From Guillardia theta CCMP2712 (lineage: Eukaryota > Protista > Cryptophyta), in the NCBI RefSeq assembly GCF_000315625.1, contig NW_005434618.1, forward strand, positions 269,038 to 333,037: a stretch of 64,000 nt of DNA, written 5' to 3'. Shown here one piece after another: positions 11,620-23,243 of the stretch. The translations under genes were made by a program, and so were the position numbers. Each line of letters opens with the position of its first letter. Position 1 is the stretch's first letter. The notes below the pieces were generated by a model. That model searched no databases. It had not been told where the DNA came from and worked only from the letters and a program-made list of their open reading frames with translations.

Positions 11620-11990
11620 ATGCCACAGGTATTGTCTGGTGCATACTTGCAACCTGATCACTGCACATATCCATCGCTCTCATGCTCTTGCTGCGTACTC
11701 CACTCATCTACTTCTCTCTCCTGTCCATCGTCGCCATGTCCGTTGCTTCAGGCATTCTGAGGGGAGCTCGACTGAAGGGACCTACTTCCGCCCCGGCAAC
11801 AAGATTGCAACAGCCCGGCCCGCCTCAGAGCCTCGGACTATCAGTCAAAACGAGCTGACCCGCATCATGGCTCGAGACAAGGAAGCAAGTCTCATACCTA
11901 GAGGCGGGATGATGCTAGAATCGGCATGGCTGAGCACGTGAGTGAGTTATGGACGTTGTTCGCTTCCAGGTTGATGACACAAGTACTAAT
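11620..11990 (+). CDS. Possible small spliced hypothetical gene
   Basis: Exon-like frame HSEGSSTEGTYFRPGNKIATARP..LESAWLST is bounded by a CAG acceptor (about 11751) and a GTGAGT donor (about 11938). Start and phase are unresolved. Confidence 0.3.
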
Positions 11991-12108
11991 CGACTTTTGA
12001 AACAACGCACTTGGTTTAATGTAAGGCAATCACCCGCTTGCACTTGTTTCAACGAGACTTATCGAGACCAGAGCTTCCCTGATCGACCTTGTTTGATCTT
12101 GATCTTGT

Positions 12109-13963
12109 TTAATCTTGCTCCATCTCTTCCGCCTCTTGCTTGTCATCATTGTCTTCGTTTGTCAGCGCAGCATACTGACCAGATTGGTTGTCAAATGCCT
12201 CATTGAAGTCATAGTCCGAATCCGAGTTTGCGTTTGTCTGCATCCACGGTCAAAGCAAACAAGACCAACCATCAGAGTACCTTGGCTTGCTTTCGGACAG
12301 CTGCTGCTGTGGCTTTTGCCCTCGCAAGCTTCGAGTGCTTGGTCACCCTCTTGTTGTACGGGTCCTGAGGCAGGTTGTCCGCATCTCGCTTCGCCTTCTG
12401 CGGAGCTGCGGACTCGGAAGGCTCTTCTTCCATGTCGTCTTCCCTCTCAGCTTCTGTAGAGAAGCGTGTCAGAGGCTGATAGCTGCCACATCGACAACGT
12501 CAGGGTGTACCTGCAAACGCCATGTCTGTCGCAGTAACCCCAATCGAAAGCCCTTGTAGCGCCATGAAGGCTTCGTCCACTTGTACACATGCCTGGTCGA
12601 TGACTTGGACTTCGTTGATCGATGAGATGTCAAACTCTTTGCCCCAGGCAGAAACAATCGTGCTCTCTGAGAAGGAGCTTTCTGGCACAGCAGGGGGCTC
12701 GGTGTAATACGGAATCTTGCCCTGGTTCCAATCTGAAAGCACGCTCCTCGCTGCCATCTCAATGTCCAGAACACCTCCTTTCTTCATCTTTCCACGAGCT
12801 TGGGCCACCAGCTGGATGAATTCTTGGTCTGAGCCAAACCTGGGCAGTTTATACAGGGTCATCAGCTTGAGCTTGTCGCATCGCTTCACAATCTCTTGGA
12901 CGGCAGGAATCGGATCAACCACAGCATCCAGCTTCACACAGTTACGAAGAATCACAGCAACGTCAGACTCATCCTTAGCAAAGACAATTCCAGGGCAGTC
13001 AAGGAGTTTGACCTTCTTGTCAAGGTGTACCTCCTGTGCAACTTTGGTGATCCCGGCTTGAGCTCCAGTCTCGACAGCCCTCGTTCGAACCAAGGAATTG
13101 ATCAGACTGCTCTTGCCTACGTTGGGGTAACCGACAACGCCAACAGTGATCGACATCTTCAAGTTGCTGTTCCGAGAGTAGTTCTTCAAGAGCTGGAGGA
13201 GCTGCTCCCCACCGATGCATTCGCTTCCTCCCAGCTGGTCATTGTTTGCTGTGGCAAGAGAAGCCTTTCCTCTCCCCAGATTTGATCGCTGGCTCTGAGT
13301 TGAGCACTTCATGGCAACAGCAGGCAGTTCCCGTCGCAGATATTTCAACCATGCTGCAACTTTTTCTTTGGGGACCAGGTCAATTTTGTTGAGGACCAAG
13401 ACAATCCTCTTGTTTGGATCTTTCTGCTGGATATACTTTTCAACCTCCATAGGACGGCATCCAAGGGGATCACGAGCGTCTAAAACTTCAAGAATCACAT
13501 CTGCCATTTCCACTATCTTGTTCAATTCACGGTAGTATGCGCGGCGGGTGTTTTCAATATCACATTTCTTGCCATTGGATATTTGATCTTCCTGTTTCAG
13601 CTGGAAGTCTTTCAAACTGTTCTGGGCATTCTTTTTCAATTCCGCAAGTTGCTGTTCAGGGCTCTGTTTTGCTTTCCTGGCTTTTTCTTTTTCCTTTTTC
13701 CTCTGCAGAGCCAACTCAATCTGTTCCTTCTTGACCTTTTCTTTGTGATCTTCGACTTCTTTCAGCAGCTGTTCCTTAAATGGCCAAAGGTTTGGAATGC
13801 CAGGATCTTTCTTTCTGAGATATTCAAGCTTCCCTCCAGCTTTTTTGAGCTTCAGTTTCTGAGCCTTTCTTTCCTTCCTGTGATGTTCCCTGACCTTTTT
13901 CTGGATTTTATACTTTTGCTTCAATGTAGTTCTTTTGCTAGAATGATTCTTTCCCTTTGGCAT
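12109..13963 (-). CDS. GNL3: Nucleostemin/GNL3 (Nug1) family nucleolar circularly permuted GTPase, 60S biogenesis
   Basis: Basic N-terminus KYKIQKKVREHHRKERK..KDPGIPNLWPFKE; EVLDARDPLG; G4 LNKIDL; G1 GYPNVGKSS; G3 DCPG; DWNQGKIPYYT. Exons 13963-12511, 12453-12281, 12237-12180, 12134-12109 (introns 57, 43 and 45 nt). Confidence 0.95.
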
Positions 13964-14261
13964 GGTGACAATGAGGCTAAGCTAAGCTCGTCCGCCTACG
14001 TTTCCAACCTGTCAACCTGCAAACCTGGATCAACAAGATCTTCCCAAAATTACAGGGAGCAACGAGGAAAGAGCACAGAAGCGAAGGGAGTAAGAGAAGC
14101 ATCAGAGGAGGCAGCAGCGGTCGGAGTAAGAAGCAAATGGTGAGAGTAGGAAGCAGAGGGCAGCGCAGCAAGGTGGGTGAGGACGGGACTTGCTTCTAGC
14201 TACGCGCTCATCGACAAGGAGCAGGGAGGCAGGATGCCATACCGGACGCACGTGCGGAAAA

Positions 14262-14470
14262 TTGCTTTAGCTCGCTGAAAACCGCCCGGCTGTCGGCCGG
14301 GCGGGCTTAGTTCGCCGGCGCTGCGGGCAGGCCCGGGCCCGGCCTCAGTGGCCCTCCGAGCCCTCCGCCGAGCTGGCCCGGGCGGCACGGTGACAATCAA
14401 ATGAAGTTTCTCAGTCCAAGTTCTTGTCAAAGTCAGTTGGCCTAGGGACTAGTCTCTACCCCACGTTTAA
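14262..14470. promoter_or_regulatory. Small GC/CCGG-rich intergenic island upstream of GNL3
   Basis: Very GC-rich block with a 9-bp stem CCGCCCGGC-tgtcg-GCCGGGCGG (14282-14304), CCCGGG sites and GCGGCACGGT, followed by an AT-richer tail ending in CTACCCC. Confidence 0.45.
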
Positions 14471-14495
14471 TTGATTGATTGGAAAGTTCGACCGT

Positions 14496-15061
14496 CTACG
14501 GTCCAGAGTAGAAGATCATCCTAGAGGAGGAGGAGATGATGCGAGGGCTGTGCTGGTGTGGTGCAACGAGTTTTACCTTCCTGTCTACCGTCGGCAGTTC
14601 AGCTCGGCCGCTCTTCTGCTTCCCCGCCTGCTGTCTTGTCGGCCTGGATGGGACTCTCCCCATCCTGCTCCTCTTCACATCCTTTTGCTTATCATTGCCA
14701 GCGTCCTCGTGCCCTGCCATTAACATCACGGGCGGCACGAGCTGTGCAGTCTCTTTACCTCTCGCCGCCTCCTCGTCTTCCCGCACCTCCTTGAGGTACG
14801 GCAAGGCAGCCAAGGCCTCCCAGTCGATTCGGTTTCGATTCACCTCCGACCCCTCCGGCAGCTGCCCTCTTGTTCTTTCCACCCTGTCCGCGTCCTCTAC
14901 TCGAGCTCTAGGTACCTCCTGAGGCTCAGCGCTGACGAGAGATAAACCCCTGCTCCAGCCATCGTCACTGATGAAGTTGTCGATTACAAGCAGAAATCTC
15001 TCACTGTTGGGCGTCAGGTTGCATCTCCTCAGCGTATTCTTGATGCTGTTGACGACCGTAT

Positions 15062-15108
<47 letters not shown>

Positions 15109-18002
15109 TTGCTCCTTCTCATCTTCTGTCATCTTGTCCTCTGCGAGATCACACATGTCATCCTGTTAGACATCCATGTACCAACCTCCACCTGCGATCA
15201 GCGGCAGTGCTTGAGGATCGGTCTCCTCCTCCTCCGCCACGTGCCTTGATTGCAACTTGGATTCCCTTGCAGCAGGTGTCCAGTCAGGAGGGGGCCGGGA
15301 GAAGCAGATGCGGATACCGGCTGATTAGCTCCGGCGGGATGTTCTTGCTCTTGCGCGCCTGGGAAAAGTGAGGAGGAGGAGGAGGAGGAGGAGGAGGAGG
15401 AGGAGGAGGAGGAGGAGGAGGGAGGAGGGAGGAGGATGAAGAGGAGGAGGAGGAGGAGGAGGAGGAGGTGGTGGTGGNNNNNNNNNNNNNNNNNNNNNNN
15501 NNNNNNNNNNNNNNNNNNNNNNNNNNNNNNNNNNNNNNNNNNNNNNNNNNNNNNNNNNNNNNNNNNNNNNNNNNNNNGGAGGAGGAGGAGGATGAGGAGA
15601 AGGATGAGAATGAGGGGACAACGACAGGAGACAATCAAATGGACGGCAAGCAGCGGCAACACAAATATGGGACTTACAGTTGCCAAGGCGTCGTCCGAGA
15701 CATCAGCGACTGGCGGCGCCTGTTCCGCACTAGCAAAGGAATGAAGTTTGGAGTCCCTGTGTACGCAACAGGATGGTGAGCAGGAGGAGAGGAAGAGGGA
15801 GGTGACAACTTGTTGATGAGCTCTTCTGGCAAGCTCTCGTGAGAGTTTCGGACTGAGCTTGAACCGCTGGCTGCTCTTCCGATCTGAAAGAAAGAGTGAG
15901 TACCATCGCCTTCTGATGACCCTGCTCCTATGTCCACCATGTTGGCTTCTCTCGGCGGGTTTGCGGACGCCATTCGTTCGCGATCCATCTCGAGCTTCTG
16001 CTTGATCCTGAAGGCTCGCAGCTCCTCCAGCTCCTTCATTTCTTGCCTGCGGGGGTCTCGTCACGCAGAGCAGCAGGGACAAAGCAGCGCCCACAGCTCA
16101 AGTGCCCTCTTTTCCTCCTCCTTCCTCCTCCTCTTCTCCTCGATCTGCTCACTCCAGGCTCTCTTTAGCTCCTGTTCAGCAAGGAGACGGTCGTCAAGAG
16201 TACGCGCCGCCCTTCCGTCTCTTCACCTCTTGCCGCCGCTGAGCCCTCTCCTTCTCCTCGTCTGCTTCACCCCCTGAGGCAACGAAGCCACTCTGCTCAC
16301 TCCTCCCGTTGGTCTCTTGCCGCACATGCTCGGCATGTCGCATCGATTTCTCGTGCTCGTTCGGCTCAGAGGATCGAACACCGTACATGTTTCCTCCTCG
16401 CAGCGGCGCCCCTCCCCCCGGACGCCCGAACCCTGCGTTGATGAAGTCCGTTGAGCTGCGCTTCCGTCAGAATCGAGGAGGAGGCGAGGAGGCAACAGGA
16501 TGGTCCAACCTCTCCATCATCTTCCTAGCAAGCAAATCTTTCATCTCCTCCCTGGTATTTACACTCCTTCTCACGCTCGATTCGAATCCCCTTCTCACTG
16601 GTTCTTCCTGCACTCTGTTGAGTGTATAACACAGGGGCTGAGCTCCCACTCTTCACCTGCAGCGGGAAACTCGTGCGAGCTTGATGGCGGCTGCGAGGAG
16701 CAGGATCATAGGGCATGTGATATTGACGCTCGTGCATCGGATTAGGAGGGATGGGCGGCAAGTAAGGACGCTGCTGCGGCTGTCCCTGAAGTGCGACGTA
16801 GGTCACGTACTGAGAAGACGGAGAGGCACGAATATCGGGGGAGATGTCGCTGAAAGGCTGAAGATGAGGAGGAGCTCTTCTGTACATCTGTTGCATGTTG
16901 TGAACCTTCACATGGTATGCAGGGAAAGGCTCATTATCCTCCTACATGGTAGTCAGCGATCATGCTAGTGCATGCACAGCTTACCGGCTGCCATTTCGCT
17001 GACATTCGTGACCTCTGGCGCTCATCGTGTCGCTCGATGGCTCTCTGAGGAGATAGGACATCTCTGACCAAGTTTCCTGGGATATTGTGAGTGATCAAAG
17101 CTGCGTAGCAGCGGCAAGCAATCGTTCACCCTGCTCTATCTGCAGCAGACTTTGCTTCGAGTACTTAAGCGGGTCGTAGTAGATCTGAGGGCTTTCACTC
17201 CCGTGGTTGGACATGCCCGAGACTTGTCGTGACATCTCAGTCTCATACATGTACGAGACATTCCTCTGCATCTCATTCTCTCCCTGCTCGCTCTCAGCCC
17301 TGAACGCGCTTGATTCATTCAATGAGCTCAGCCTATGGGGAACACCGAGGCGCCGTGTCAGCTTGTTGCCGTATCGATCCACTTGCAGCTGCTGCAGCAC
17401 AACGTCGTCCACCTGCTCCGAGCGCACTCGCACCTGCACCTGCGGCTTCACCTCCTCCTCTCGCACATCAGCTAACACCCTGCGCGGCTGAGCAGAGGGA
17501 GGGACGCGCTTGCTTTTGCGGTAAACATGGATGGAACGAGGCTTCTTGTCCTCTCTCTTGAACACTATAGGAAACTTAGCTTGCTGGGCAGGCTTGCTGG
17601 CAAACAATTGCTCCTCGTAGTAAGATTTCGGGCTGAGTCTCACGTACTTGCCGGGGTTGTATATGTTTCTTCTCCTCCCGCTCTCTCTCACCCCATTCAG
17701 CTCGCCCTCCCTTACGTAATCTGTGACATCTCGATCTTCTCTCACATGCATCTCCTCTCTCCGCACGTCTACCCTTTCAGGATCCCGGGGGTGCATCCTC
17801 GCACCATGCTGCCTGCTCGCCTGCTCGCTAGCTCTCGACGGCTGCAACTTCTTACCCCGCATGTTGCGATCTGGGGCAGAGACCTGCGGGTCCCCATGCT
17901 CATGACCATACTTCCTCTGCCGTTGGTACAGGCTCCAGTCCTCATTCTCGTCCTGCCATCCCGACACCTCCATCACTGATTGTCGCTCGATCACACCGCC
18001 AT
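14496..18002 (-). CDS. Hypothetical multi-exon charged/coiled-coil protein (spans an N gap; 3' end approximate)
   Basis: ATG at 18002 (MA|DENEDWSLYQRQRKY after a short intron). Exon-sized ORFs at 17095-17994, 16525-16911, 15674-16039 and 14496-15122. E/R/Q-rich coiled-coil segments. Confidence 0.6.
15063..15115. repeat. (GCTCCT)n hexamer microsatellite, probably coding EQ repeats on the minus strand
   Basis: About 8 tandem copies seen directly. Confidence 0.9.
15478..15577. other. Assembly gap (100 N) flanked by (GAG)n repeats
   Basis: Run of N; (GAG)n-rich tract at 15370-15477. Confidence 1.
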
Positions 18003-18079
18003 GTCCTGGTTCTTGTAACTGCCAACAAAATCTGCAAACGGCTCTGTTTGTTGAGTAAACGTTTTGTTTGTTGTTCTCG

Positions 18080-19910
18080 CTCTTTACTCAAAGTTAAGTT
18101 AAAATCAAAGAACTTGTTGAAATGGGCACGGTGGCGCCCGCGGCGCCCCCCCGGCCGGGCCGCCCGTGAGTCGCCGGAGGCCCTCACAATCCGACCGCCA
18201 CGGCGTGATGCGGCCGCCGAAGCCGCGCTGGCGGCGCGGCCCGGACCGTCGGCGTGCCACAGTTGCCGGAGTCACCGTCACAATGTCTCCAAGTTTACTC
18301 AACTTTAAGTTGAGTACTGAAAGAGACATTGTCACAATGACTTAGCCCGGCGCCGGTGATCCGAGTCGGACCGCCGTGACACTGGGCCGGCGGCGGACCG
18401 GCCCGGGCCGGGCGCTGAGACTCCGAGGCTCGGCGGCCGCCGGCCTGACGGCCCGCCAGTGGAACAGAGTCTCCGAGTCGCGGCCCGGCGCCGGTGGGCG
18501 GCGGCCGCCGGGTCACCATTCACGGTTCTGTAACGGTTCCGGCGGCCACGGTTCCGTGACGCCGGAGGCTTGTGTGGCGGCGGACGGACCGTTCGATGCT
18601 TCCCTTTACTCAAAGTTAAGTTAAAAATCAGTACTAGTCACGGTCCGACGGGGCCGGGGGCGCCCGTATGATGGGAGACCGGATGAAAGTGGGAGCGGCT
18701 GAGCAGGTTTTGAGAGGAGGATGCAACTTGTGGGCGGATCTCTTTTTTAAAACACTCCTTTGTTATTTAAATACATTTATTCACAAAACTTTGTATTCCA
18801 AATTTAAAAACCAGAACTTCAACAAAAAAACCACCGATACTCACCTGGAATTCCAATATAATTGAAAACTGTTTCGTTGAGTTTTGAATTTATAATATGG
18901 ACTTTGAAAGTAGACGTAAAGTTTGAGTCCTCTAATAATGTTTTACAGCATTAAAAACTTTTTAAGTTTTTTCTCCCCCGCATCAGCCGGCCCCCAAATG
19001 TCTGCCAAAAGAGATCTTCTGGATATGATCCTTGTGGGGGTCGTAGAATCACCAGACCCCCCTTCTCCCTCACAACTCTCTGTGAGGAAAGGGTGGACTA
19101 TGCATTTCGGGACCAGGGGTGGGTATTTCAGATTCAAAAATTGCACTTCCTTGTAGGTTATAGAAAAATCTGCACCCACCCCACCCTACTATTGACTTTC
19201 GATTTACTAGGTTGTGACCCCATCGTGCTTTATGTAATCAATAGGAGGAGAGGGGTCCGTCGGAAATATTTTGATCCCTTGATCAAAAAACGTTGTTTCG
19301 TTTTTACTCAAAGGTCCTCTTCAGTTTTTAGATTTTATTAGACCCCAAAAGATGTCTTTTAAAAATGTATATTTGTCCGCGTGCAGCCAAAAAAAAAGTA
19401 CCCTTACCCTCAATCTAGCCCAATCTCACCCCTCGCTTGCTGGTTTTAAGACCCCACGGTCAACCCCTCACATGATCCTCGCAACCTAGTACACTCCACC
19501 CCTCCTTCAGTAACGACCCCTGACCCTCCACCCCACGTTCATCATGAAACTACCCCCTCTGTTGAAAACCCTGCAGATCTCTATGCACCCCCTTTCTGAC
19601 TTGGGGTACCCCCACCACTTCATTCTAGTCTACACCCTACCCTGTCAGCTCCCGCAAGGTGCCCAACACGATCCTTTATATTAAAGAGGACCCCCCTGGT
19701 GAAATCCTTTCTGCATTCACTACCCCTTCATTTCAACTAAGACCCTACTGCAATATCACCCACCCCCCTTATTTCAACCGAGTACCTCACCTTTTGAATG
19801 AGACAGTCAACCCATGGCATTACCCTACCCCTACCGTCAATCACCCCACCCCAGTCCTATACCGACGTTTGACTACCCCAGGGCGTACTACCCCACCTTT
19901 GGACCCTCAA
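18080..19910. promoter_or_regulatory. Large structured intergenic island 1 (GC block, AT core, TACCC block); probable divergent promoter
   Basis: Lies between the minus-strand ATG at 18002 and the plus-strand zinc-finger gene; sharp compositional blocks. Confidence 0.55.
18082..18630. repeat. GC-rich element bounded by 26-27 bp direct repeats, with a central palindrome
   Basis: CTTTACTCAAAGTTAAGTTAAAA(A)TCA at 18082-18107 and 18604-18630. Central hairpin ACAATGTCTC-N6-TACTCAACTT-T-AAGTTGAGTA-N6-GAGACATTGT at 18280-18332. Confidence 0.85.
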
Positions 19911-20504
19911 ACTCCGACAGACTCATCCTTGGGCATGGCGCTGGACAAGGTTGAACAAGGAGAGTGAGGACGTACCAGAGGCGAGCGAAAGGCAATAAAC
20001 AGGATGGCGAGTTGTGGTCGACAATGCAAGACTGCGAGAGAGAGAGGGAGAGATGCAGGAATATCAAAGGATAACCAAGACAAGAAGGGACAGAGAGGCA
20101 TGTTGTTCGCGAACAATGGAAGGACTCGGAATTAGAGGTGTAAAGACCATGATAATGCAGAAGTACGCAGGTGGATATGTGTCTAAGACACAGATAACGG
20201 CAAATACTTGATAGATGAAAGGAAGACCAGAAAGAATTCAGGAAGAAATCAAGGGTAGCGATTCAACTGTTCAAAGGACAAAAGATGTATCTCGGTTGCT
20301 GGCAGGAAAGTTAATCAAACGAAGGTAGTATAGTGTACTCCGATGGCTACCAGACAGAAAACGTTAAATTTACGATATTGTGAGAAGGTGACTATGATAC
20401 GTCGAGATTGAAACGACGATGTAGTTGTCAGACATCGCAAGATTATATGGCATTGGAGAAGTGATAGATAGGTCACATTGCGCAGGTCTCTTTTAGAACA
20501 CTGC

Positions 20505-23072
20505 ATGGATCTGCGGAATGCTCTAGACTTTTTGTTTTCTCAACCAAATAATTCAGCAGCTCCTCACTCGATTCTTGTTCCCAAACCAGCAACAGCTTTA
20601 GATAACGTACCTCCCTCACCTTCGTAGAAAATCTTTTGGCTCGACTGTCGTTACTTTGACCTGGCGACAATGAGAACTGAGACGTATGGCAGGAGCAAAG
20701 ACTCGATGATAAGTTGATCAGTCTGTCTAGTTTCATGAAGTCGGTCAGCATGCGCTCGCAGAGAAAAGCTCCCAGGATGTACGGGCGTGAGGAAGAGGAC
20801 GATTACTATTACAAAGCAACCAAGACAGAGAGGAAGCAGGCAGCGAGTCAGCGCAACCGATCCAATGGTAAGTTGGGCAGGGAGGCTCAAGCAGGAAGTG
20901 ATGTTGTACCCAGACACCCTGGCGCCAGCGCGTGGCAGAGCAGGAAATGCCGTTCCTGCAAAGCGAAAGCATGCTGTACAGCAGGAAGATTCTGAGGAGG
21001 AGCCTCTGGCTGCAAACAACCACCCAACTGCTGCCACAGGGAATCACAACAAGTGAGTTAGTCCTGTGTTCGCGCAGTCAAAGCATGTGGTGACGTGTAT
21101 ATCTCAGGTACTGCCACTTCTGCCAACACGTAAAGGTTACAAACCGAGAGTGAAGGAGTCTGGTCTTTGCTGACGCTGGGAGCAGGTCCGTGCGAGCAGC
21201 ATGTTGGCTTGTGGCAACCAAGAGTGCTGTCGAAGATTCTGCGAACACTGTCTTCTCACCCACCTCAACGACGACGTCGACCCGATGTCGAGTGAAGCTT
21301 GGACCATGATCGATGGCAAGGTTGATCCCTAGGATTTCCTTCTCTTGCCATCTGGTGATTTTGGTCGATCGCAGCCGATTTGGAATTGCCCAATCTGCAG
21401 GAAGAAGTGCTGTTGCTCAGTGAACAGCTGCGACTTGAGTCATCGGCATTGCAAGGCGTACCGTTACAGGAGACGAAGAGCCGAGCTGGCGTCGAAGCGG
21501 CTGAATGTATCAGGTAGTGACTTGCAGCGACAAGCTCGTAGCCCCATCGCTGAGTTCAACATCAGCTAATTCGTCTCCAGCCTCTGACAAGCGAAGTCGG
21601 AAAGTGTCAGGATCGTCGAGGGTTCCAGTGAAGCCTGGAAACACTTCAGGTCAGATTCGACGTCCTGCCTTCCCCTTCCATGTAGTGAACCCTCGGTGAA
21701 TAGAGGGCTGGAACAAGCCGAGCCTTGTACCTGGTGTCAACTTTGGTTACGTCAAATACAGCAAGGTGAGTTCTTTTTGTACATCTACCCGATTCTTTCC
21801 ATTTCCCTTCTCATGCTCTCAACGTGTGTCCTCTCGTCATGAGGGTAGAGATCTGGCAGCGCTTGCTCTTGACTGGGTTGTAGGATGCGAACAAACAAGT
21901 TATGCCGGACTCGGCGATGTTGAAGGCTGGCCATCCATCGGCTCGTGGAGCCCCGGTGGTCAGACGAGGCAGGGTCGACATGGGCGCCTCGTTGCATGAC
22001 ACCCTAGAACACGCGTCGGACTCTGACATGGACGATGTACAAGAAACGATGCTCCTCCCTGGCCTACCTCTCACTTCCAATGCTCAGTCTGTCGAGAACC
22101 GGACATTACTCCCTGAGGACAACCCTGCCGAAGAATCCTTCATGTCCCGGACGGACCCTCTGACGAAGCTCATCGCCAGCTCCACGCACAAGAGTAAGCT
22201 GCGCAGGTTCGGTTTGCCCTACTCACCGTCTGTGACAGTGATGAAGCCCGACATGGCGCATGAGTCCATCCCTCACCCTTACGACGAAGCTGCCATGGCG
22301 GGTGAGTGCGAGAGCTTCGCCACCCGGCAGCCTTGACACTTTGTGAAGACGACCTGCTGGGCGGCATGTACGGCCACATGACTCGCTTCGGAGACTCCAC
22401 GGACCTGGATCACTGCGAGATGCTCCTTGGTCGTTGAGGAAAACTCTTGCTGCTTATGACTGACGCTGTGGGGCAGTGGAGGAGAATCTAAACGCGTCCT
22501 CTGACCTCGACGAGGCCATCTGGCTGCGCAAGACCTACGAGACCGTCTACAACCCTCCTCAAGCAAAGTCGAAGCTGATGGCTAAGACGCTGGTGGGGAT
22601 GCCTCTGGGCTCACTTGCAAGTCACCACGAGGCGGAGGATGATAGGTGAGAGGAAGGAGAAGGCACAGGAGGATGAAGTACCTGACTCTCTACACGCAGT
22701 CTGAACGTGATGAACTTGAACTCTGCGGAAGGATCCAAGGTCGGTCTGATCTTCCGCTCCTGCTCCTTCTTGACGCTGCCTCAGGCTTATCGCTCCCACA
22801 ACAAATCTCCTCTCAACATGTCTGATCCCGGTGGCGATATGAGCGAACTTTCTTTCTTCCTCTCTCCGCCTACTAAGCACCCGCGGGCAGATGGAAATGT
22901 TAAGGTAAGCGTCTTATCTTCGTCTTATCTTATCTTTTCTCTCCCTCTCTCTCCTGCTCCCTTCTCTTCGCCAAGTGCCTCGTCTTCTGTTTCAGCTACC
23001 AGCTCATGTTTTGTTCAGGAGGGATCGCACCAGAGTGCTCTCAAGGCGACCGTGATGTACGAGATGGTGTAA
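20505..23072 (+). CDS. zf-4CXXC_R1-like (CDCA7-type) zinc-finger protein, multi-exon (start uncertain)
   Basis: Splicing 21108-21135, 21186-21320 and 21375 onward gives KYCHFCQHVKVRASSMLACGNQECCRRFCEHCLLTHL..PIWNCPICRKKCCCSVNSCDLSHRHCKAYRYRRRR, matching the CxxC..CxxxxC..FCxxCL..WxCPxCRxxCxC pattern. Confidence 0.75.
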
Positions 23073-23243
23073 AGGAGGAGGAGGAGTTGTTGTTGTCAGA
23101 AAAGCATGTACACTATGAAGGCTTCGTCGCTGTTGGCGACGAGGTTCTTGATGCAAACACCAAGATGCTCTGACGGGTAAATAAAATCTCTTTCGATACT
23201 CTCATATGTTCCCCTAACTCTCCTATTCTTCCCCCTCTCTACT

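Noticed and set aside
14496-15122. ORF beginning MRRSKSRSRSRS as an SR splicing factor
   Set aside because: No RRM. The hexamer repeat more plausibly reads EQEQEQ in the spliced upstream gene.
18082-18630. CRISPR array or Xer/dif site (TTAAGTTAAAA resembles the XerD arm)
   Set aside because: Spacers are about 190-290 bp, there are no cas or recombinase genes, no XerC-arm match, and the context is eukaryotic.
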